Positions 63,960 through 64,000 of a stretch of 64,000 nucleotides of DNA are shown here, piece by piece. Location of the stretch: positions 19,637,700 through 19,701,699 of the forward strand of contig OZ037768.1 in assembly GCA_964035545.1 (NCBI GenBank). The letters are read 5' to 3'. Source of the stretch: Bugula neritina (Eukaryota; Animalia; Bryozoa). Below the pieces are notes generated by a model. The model worked only from the letters and a program-made list of their open reading frames with translations, made no database searches and had not been told where the DNA came from. Positions within the stretch are counted from its first letter, which is position 1. The number at the start of each line of letters is the position of its first letter. The position numbers and the translations under genes are program-made.

Positions 63960-64000
63960 GTGTTAACTTTTAATTCAGAAATTAACTTTGATTTTAAATG

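Larger units (their letters stand above)
58227..64000 (+). mobile_element. Maverick/Polinton (adintovirus-like) element, left arm; continues beyond the window
   Basis: Begins with AGTAGT (Polinton-type terminus), then terminal tandem repeats, small ORFs without host-like homology and a Polinton-type packaging ATPase; interrupts a host intron. No polymerase, integrase, capsid gene or right end visible. Confidence 0.82.

Noticed and set aside
58227-64000. Bacterial/phage contamination or chimeric assembly
   Set aside because: No Shine-Dalgarno or operon signals; it has GT-AG introns, a eukaryotic MITE and a Polinton-type terminus at the junction. Long reads would still be needed to fully exclude misassembly.

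Overview
AT-rich, intron-rich invertebrate animal genomic DNA (spliceosomal GT-AG introns, two likely GC-AG introns, microsatellites, SINEs, MITEs). Host genes reconstructed by hand from splice phases: 3' part of a zfh2/ZFHX3-4 zinc-finger homeobox gene (+), a complete G-alpha-o gene with an atypical C-terminus (+), a CIB2/3-like EF-hand gene (-), an exon chain joining an HDGF-type PWWP domain to a DPM2-like membrane domain (-), TTC25/ODAD4 with an RFX X-box and alternative exons (+), a complete inositol monophosphatase (-), and the last exon of a second tandem IMPA paralog (-). From 58227 to the window end lies what appears to be the left arm of a Maverick/Polinton (adintovirus-like) element inserted in the last intron of that paralog. 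Evidence: AGTAGT terminus, about 130-bp terminal tandem repeats, TATA box, and a Polinton-type packaging ATPase whose Walker A motif is split by a GT-AG intron. It also carries small ORFs, including a possible tail-anchored Bcl-2-like protein and CxxC zinc-binding proteins, many splice sites next to ORF starts and stops, and a nested hAT-type MITE. The polymerase, integrase, capsid genes and right end are not in the window. All gene models are manual predictions without transcript or database support.
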